Below are positions 59,908-64,000 of a stretch of 64,000 nt of DNA, in pieces. The notes beneath the pieces were generated by a model that searched no databases, had not been told where the DNA came from, and saw only the letters and a list, made by a program, of their open reading frames with translations. The stretch is from Ignavibacteriales bacterium. GTDB lineage: Bacteria; Bacteroidota; Ignavibacteria; Ignavibacteriales; Ignavibacteriaceae. The position numbers were made by a program, and so were the translations under genes. Each line of letters begins with the position of its first letter. Position 1 is the first letter of the stretch. The stretch covers positions 263,532 through 327,531 of the forward strand of contig JBBILT010000003.1 in NCBI GenBank assembly GCA_037444745.1, written 5' to 3'.

Positions 59908-60866
59908 TTTTTTCCGTTACCATTAAATTTTTCGTAAGCGTCAATAATATCCTTTACTAATTTATGTCTTACTACGTCTTCACGATCAAAATAAACAAAT
60001 CCAACACCTGTGATGCCATTTAAAATTTCTTTAGCCTGAATCAATCCGCTTTTTGTTTTAGATGGCAAATCAATCTGAGTTATATCGCCAGTTATTATTG
60101 CTTTAGAATTTAAACCAAGTCTGGTCAAAAACATTTTCATCTGAACATCTGTTGCGTTTTGAGCTTCATCAAGTATTACAAAAGCATTATTTAAAGTTCT
60201 GCCTCGCATATAAGCTAAAGGCACGATTTCAATAATTCTTTTTTCTAAATATTGTTTAAGTTTTTCTGAAGGAATCATATCGTCCAATGAATCATAAAGA
60301 GGACGAAGGTAAGGATCAATTTTCTCTTGAAAGTCACCTGGTAAAAAACCTAAACTTTCACCTGCTTCAACAGCAGGGCGTGCAAGTACAATGCGCTTAA
60401 CAATACCTCTTTTAAGTGCAGAAACTGCAAATGCAACAGCAAGATAAGTTTTACCAGTGCCTGCGGGACCGATAGCGAAACAAATATCATTTTTACTTGC
60501 AACCTCAAAATATTTTTTTTGCCCGGTTGTTTTTGCTTTTATGACATCATTTTTTGTATAAAGAACGATGGATTCCAGTTCCTCTTCATTGATGATCTCT
60601 TTACCTTCTACAGTAAGATTAAGGATTGTTTCAACATCATTAGCATTTAGTCTTCCACTGGTATTAAGAACATATGCCATTTCCTTAACTACTTTTTCAA
60701 CTAATTCAACTTCTTCAAGCACACCTTTAATATTAACGATATCTCCCCTTACACTAATAGTTGAATTAAATCTATCTTCAAGAATATGAAGGTTGGAATC
60801 ATTTACTCCTAATAGAGAGAGCATATCAATATTGCTGAGTGTAATTTTTTTTTCGGCTGTCGTCAT
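59904..60866 (-). CDS. phoH: PhoH-family ATPase
   Basis: Walker A GPAGTGKTYLA, RPAVEAGE.LGFLPG and DEAQN motifs. Confidence 0.9.
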   Translation of the reverse strand: MTTAEKKITLSNIDMLSLLGVNDSNLHILEDRFNSTISVRGDIVNIKGVLEEVELVEKVVKEMAYVLNTSGRLNANDVETILNLTVEGKEIINEEELESIVLYTKNDVIKAKTTGQKKYFEVASKNDICFAIGPAGTGKTYLAVAFAVSALKRGIVKRIVLARPAVEAGESLGFLPGDFQEKIDPYLRPLYDSLDDMIPSEKLKQYLEKRIIEIVPLAYMRGRTLNNAFVILDEAQNATDVQMKMFLTRLGLNSKAIITGDITQIDLPSKTKSGLIQAKEILNGITGVGFVYFDREDVVRHKLVKDIIDAYEKFNGNGKN

Positions 60867-60874
60867 AACGATTT

Positions 60875-60911
60875 AAATATAAAAAGCCCTCATCAATAAA
60901 GATAAGGGCTT
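60875..60911 (-). terminator. Rho-independent terminator after the LysM gene
   Basis: On the minus strand, AAGCCCT pairs with AGGGCTT (60911-60905 and 60890-60884) and is followed by TTTTATATTT. Confidence 0.6.
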
Positions 60912-60940
60912 ATATAAATTTTAAAAGAATTAAAAATCAA

Positions 60941-61618
60941 TTATTGAACTGGAGCTGGTTTATAGTTAACTCTTAGTTTTTCATATTTTGATTTTTCTTC
61001 ATCAGTTAAATTAGGAATCTTGAAATTCTGAGCTGGGTAAATTAAATCAGGATTCTTAATCTGATCTCTATTTGCTGCGTAAATAACTGGCCAAGCAAAA
61101 CCATTACCGTAATGTTCTTTTTTCTTTGCTATGTTCCAAAGACAATCACCTTTAACAACAGCATAGCTAATTTCTTTTGGAGCTTCAACCCATCCATCAA
61201 GATTATTTTGCATTGAGGTCTGAACTTTTTTGAAGAATTCTGGCAGAGCAGAAATTTTATTAGTCTTCAAAGCATTAAGATCTGTTTGTCTATCAGCTTT
61301 TGGACCTTCTTTTCTATTAATCTTACCATCTAATTCGGTAACAGCTTTTCTATAGTTGTTAACGTCATTTCTTGTTGCACCAACCATTTGATATAATTCG
61401 TCGATGCATTGTTCTGGGTCCTGAAGATTCGAAGCCTTTAAATTGTCAATATCTGCTTTAAGTGCAGCTACTTCAGTTGTAAGAGCTGTTTGTTTAGTCT
61501 TCAAAGAACTCATTTCAGCATTCCATTGATCCTCTGTCATTTTTTCCTGGGCAAAATTAACCACAGTTAATAGAAGAACAAGGGAGATCATTCCTAATAA
61601 TTTAAGTTTAAGATTCAT
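60941..61618 (-). CDS. secreted coiled-coil protein with C-terminal LysM domain
   Basis: Signal peptide from MNLKLKLLGMISLVLLL, a coiled-coil middle, and LysM (YAVVKGDCLWNIAKK...IYPAQNFKIP). I prefer the ATG at 61618, which has GGAG 9 nt upstream, over the tracked 61651. Confidence 0.7.
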   Translation of the reverse strand: MNLKLKLLGMISLVLLLTVVNFAQEKMTEDQWNAEMSSLKTKQTALTTEVAALKADIDNLKASNLQDPEQCIDELYQMVGATRNDVNNYRKAVTELDGKINRKEGPKADRQTDLNALKTNKISALPEFFKKVQTSMQNNLDGWVEAPKEISYAVVKGDCLWNIAKKKEHYGNGFAWPVIYAANRDQIKNPDLIYPAQNFKIPNLTDEEKSKYEKLRVNYKPAPVQ

Positions 61619-61659
61619 TATTATTTTCTCCATATACATTTTAAAAATCAATTAGTTAA

Positions 61660-61935
61660 TTATTTAGGCAATTTTTCTAGGTTAGCCTTTGTTTCTTCTT
61701 TCTGCTTTTGGCATTCAGCAAGTTTTCTATTTGTTTCTTCAGCCTGTTTTTCGAGTTTAGCTCTTTCATCTTTCAATGTATTAGCTTCATTCTCCAATGA
61801 TGAGACTGAACTCTTTAGGTCACTCAATTCTTTTAACTGAGCTTCGCTCAACCCGCCGCAACCACTAAGAAAGGCAGTGGTTAAAGCGAGACTGCTAACT
61901 AACATAGCAGTTTTTAGAGATCTGGTAATATTCAT
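61660..61935 (-). CDS. small coiled-coil lipoprotein
   Basis: Lipobox AFLSGCGG follows a signal peptide. The remainder is heptad-like and charged (LKELSDLKSSVSSLENEANTLKDERAKLEKQAEE). Confidence 0.55.
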   Translation of the reverse strand: MNITRSLKTAMLVSSLALTTAFLSGCGGLSEAQLKELSDLKSSVSSLENEANTLKDERAKLEKQAEETNRKLAECQKQKEETKANLEKLPK

Positions 61936-62275
61936 TCGATACCTCCGAATAATTTAGTTTTGAAATTAATTAAAATTGCGTTAATTCAATTTAATTATGA
62001 CGATAATCTAACTCTAATTTATATGAAAAATCATTAAAAAGAAATAGTTTTTATAAAAATTATCCTTATTGATGAATTAAATCATACGTCTTTCATCAAA
62101 CCTTGTAGATAAAATGGCTTCAATAACGATGCTGTTAAAAACAGTGATATCAATAATCTTTTCTTTTTATGCTTAATAGGTTACGATTATTTATGAAATA
62201 AGATTAATAGAACAACAGGATGAAAAAATGATTAATTCTTATGGCTGAGAAAACCTAATCAATAAACTTTTATTC

Positions 62276-62956
62276 TTATATCAGTCTTCTTTCAACAAAA
62301 CTTGTATAGGAATTTCCTGCAATAATAATGTGGTCAAAAATTGGGATATCCATAATCTTTCCTGCTTCTACAAGTTTTTTAGTAATAGATATATCCTCGC
62401 TGCTTGGCTCAGGGTTTTCACTCGGATGATTATGGATTAGGATAATACTTGCTGAATTATTTTCTACTGCTGCTTTAAAAATTTCTCGAGGATGAACAAC
62501 ACTCGAGTTCAAATTTCCAATTGATATTTTTTCGTACTTAATTATTTTATTTGCTGAACTAAGACACACAACTAAAAATTGTTCTTTAACCTCATCTCTA
62601 AGCAAAGGTATAAATATTTCAGCAACATCGGCAGGTGATGTAATTTTTTTTTGAGAGTACCACTTGGTTTGAGATAAAATTCTTCTGCTGATTTCAAAAG
62701 CCGCTATCAATGTTGCTGCTTTATCTTTTCCAACACCTGATGTTTTTATTAAATCGGCTGATGATTTGGATGCAAGCTGGGCAAGATTAATATATTTGTT
62801 TATAATTTCCTGCGCCATTGATATTACTGATTTACCTTTAGTTCCGGTTCTTAACAAGATCGCTAAAAGTTCTGCATCAGTTAGACTTTGGGGGCCACGA
62901 AGCACTAGTTTTTCACGCGGTCTATCGGCGATGGGAATATCTTTTACTTTAGACAT
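62276..62956 (-). CDS. radC: RadC-family JAB-domain protein
   Basis: N-terminal HhH region (ELLAILLRTG) and the JAMM motif HNHPSENPEPSSEDI. Confidence 0.9.
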   Translation of the reverse strand: MSKVKDIPIADRPREKLVLRGPQSLTDAELLAILLRTGTKGKSVISMAQEIINKYINLAQLASKSSADLIKTSGVGKDKAATLIAAFEISRRILSQTKWYSQKKITSPADVAEIFIPLLRDEVKEQFLVVCLSSANKIIKYEKISIGNLNSSVVHPREIFKAAVENNSASIILIHNHPSENPEPSSEDISITKKLVEAGKIMDIPIFDHIIIAGNSYTSFVERRLI

Positions 62957-62970
62957 TAATTAAGCCGTTA

Positions 62971-63999
62971 TTAATTTCTTGATCTATATTTATCTACCAA
63001 TTCAAAAATTCCATTCTTGTATCTAACAACATTTATGTACCTATTAACCCTTGAGGAATCAATTGAAATATTATTATGAAATCCGGTAACATTAATACCT
63101 GATTCAATTTTATATTTTACATTTTTTCTTGTCGGATCAATATTTCGCATAACTGTAATTATGTACTTTGCTAAATCATATCCATAAAGAACATTTCTCG
63201 TTATTTCAATTCCGGTTTGTTTCTTAAATCTTGAGTTGAATTCATTAAATTCACTGTCACCATAATCAATAAAGAAATCTGATTCAAAAATTAATTTATT
63301 ACTTATTTCAGGTGAAGTTTCAAAACCTTTAGCAATAAACCAATCCTGGCTTCCATAAACATTAGTATTAATTCCATTTTGAACTAATTGTGAGAGAATT
63401 ACTGTGGCATCATTTCTATCTGAAATTGGAGCATATATGCCGTCGATAGTACCAGCAAATGCAGAGATTCTTGACATCTGATCAGCTAAAGAATAACTAT
63501 TACTCTTATACGTTTCCTTTACAACAATATTACCACCAAGCTTCTCAAACTCCTGAGAAAAGCTTGCTGCAAGAAGTGGAGAGTAACCTTCAATTGAATT
63601 TATGACCGCAAGATTTTTTTTATTCTCTACAAAATACAAGTACTGAGCAAAAATTTTTCCACGTGCAGAAAATGAAGGATTTGCCTGATAAAAATTATCA
63701 CATAGTGTTACAAGATCATCATCAGTTGCTGTTGGCGAGATTATACACAAATTTGATTTATCAAATTCTTTTAATGCGTTTCTAACATCATCACTAAAAA
63801 CCGGACCTAAAACACATTTAACTTTATCATTTTCAATTAATGCATTAGATTCATCAATAATCCGCTCCTTATCTCTTTGGATATCGTTAATCAGAAGTCC
63901 GATTTTTTCATTGTGTATTGAGTTGTATTCATGAAATGCAAATTTTATTCCTTCTAAAATTTCGTTTGCTGATTGAATCGATCTTCCATTTTGATCTGT
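62971..63999 (-). CDS. type-I periplasmic-binding-protein-fold protein (Leu/Ile/Val-binding or LpoA-like), 5' end outside window
   Basis: The tracked ORF (62971-63750) continues in frame to the window end. My translation of the extension is ...TDQNGRSIQSANEILEGIKFAFHEYNSIHNEKIGLLINDIQRDKERIIDESNALIENDKVKCVLGPVFSDDVRNALKEFDKSNLCIISPTAT. The GP.FS......A pattern is typical of the PBP1 fold. Confidence 0.6.
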   Translation of the reverse strand, partial: TDQNGRSIQSANEILEGIKFAFHEYNSIHNEKIGLLINDIQRDKERIIDESNALIENDKVKCVLGPVFSDDVRNALKEFDKSNLCIISPTATDDDLVTLCDNFYQANPSFSARGKIFAQYLYFVENKKNLAVINSIEGYSPLLAASFSQEFEKLGGNIVVKETYKSNSYSLADQMSRISAFAGTIDGIYAPISDRNDATVILSQLVQNGINTNVYGSQDWFIAKGFETSPEISNKLIFESDFFIDYGDSEFNEFNSRFKKQTGIEITRNVLYGYDLAKYIITVMRNIDPTRKNVKYKIESGINVTGFHNNISIDSSRVNRYINVVRYKNGIFELVDKYRSRN

Positions 64000-64000
64000 T

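Overview
This is a visibly AT-rich, densely packed bacterial chromosomal segment with about 65 CDS, nearly all ordinary housekeeping or envelope genes. Recognisable genes include purA, aroK-aroB, a ppiD-like chaperone, an ABC-F ATPase, rsmA, ubiE/menG, rdgB, uvrA, lepA-lepB, folB-folK, surE, argS, rsfS, mazG, phoH and radC. Two secreted proteins end in T9SS-type C-terminal sorting domains. Together with the base composition, this suggests an FCB-group (Bacteroidota/Ignavibacteriota-like) organism, but that is inference only. By eye I found no rRNA, tRNA, CRISPR array, transposase, prophage or recognisable defence island, and I do not see a convincing novel multi-gene system.

The observations most worth a second look are:
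1. The left end carries a PP2C-STAS-kinase partner-switching module next to an ECF sigma/anti-sigma pair. That pair has a textbook GGAAC-N16-CGTC promoter, and a second STAS gene lies divergent from it.
2. The quinolinate synthase gene (nadA) carries two in-frame stops and a frameshift, so it looks like a recent pseudogene.
3. A roughly 120-bp MITE-like element occurs in two copies, each flanked by a 9-bp direct duplication.
4. Several unrelated-looking hairpin/palindromic repeat families sit only in the intergenic gaps between about 19.9 and 33.6 kb. One inverted pair brackets a two-gene amidohydrolase/CMD cassette.
5. Three convergent gene pairs have stop codons that overlap in the tetranucleotide TTAA.

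All functional calls come from reading the supplied translations against remembered family motifs. No database search was run.
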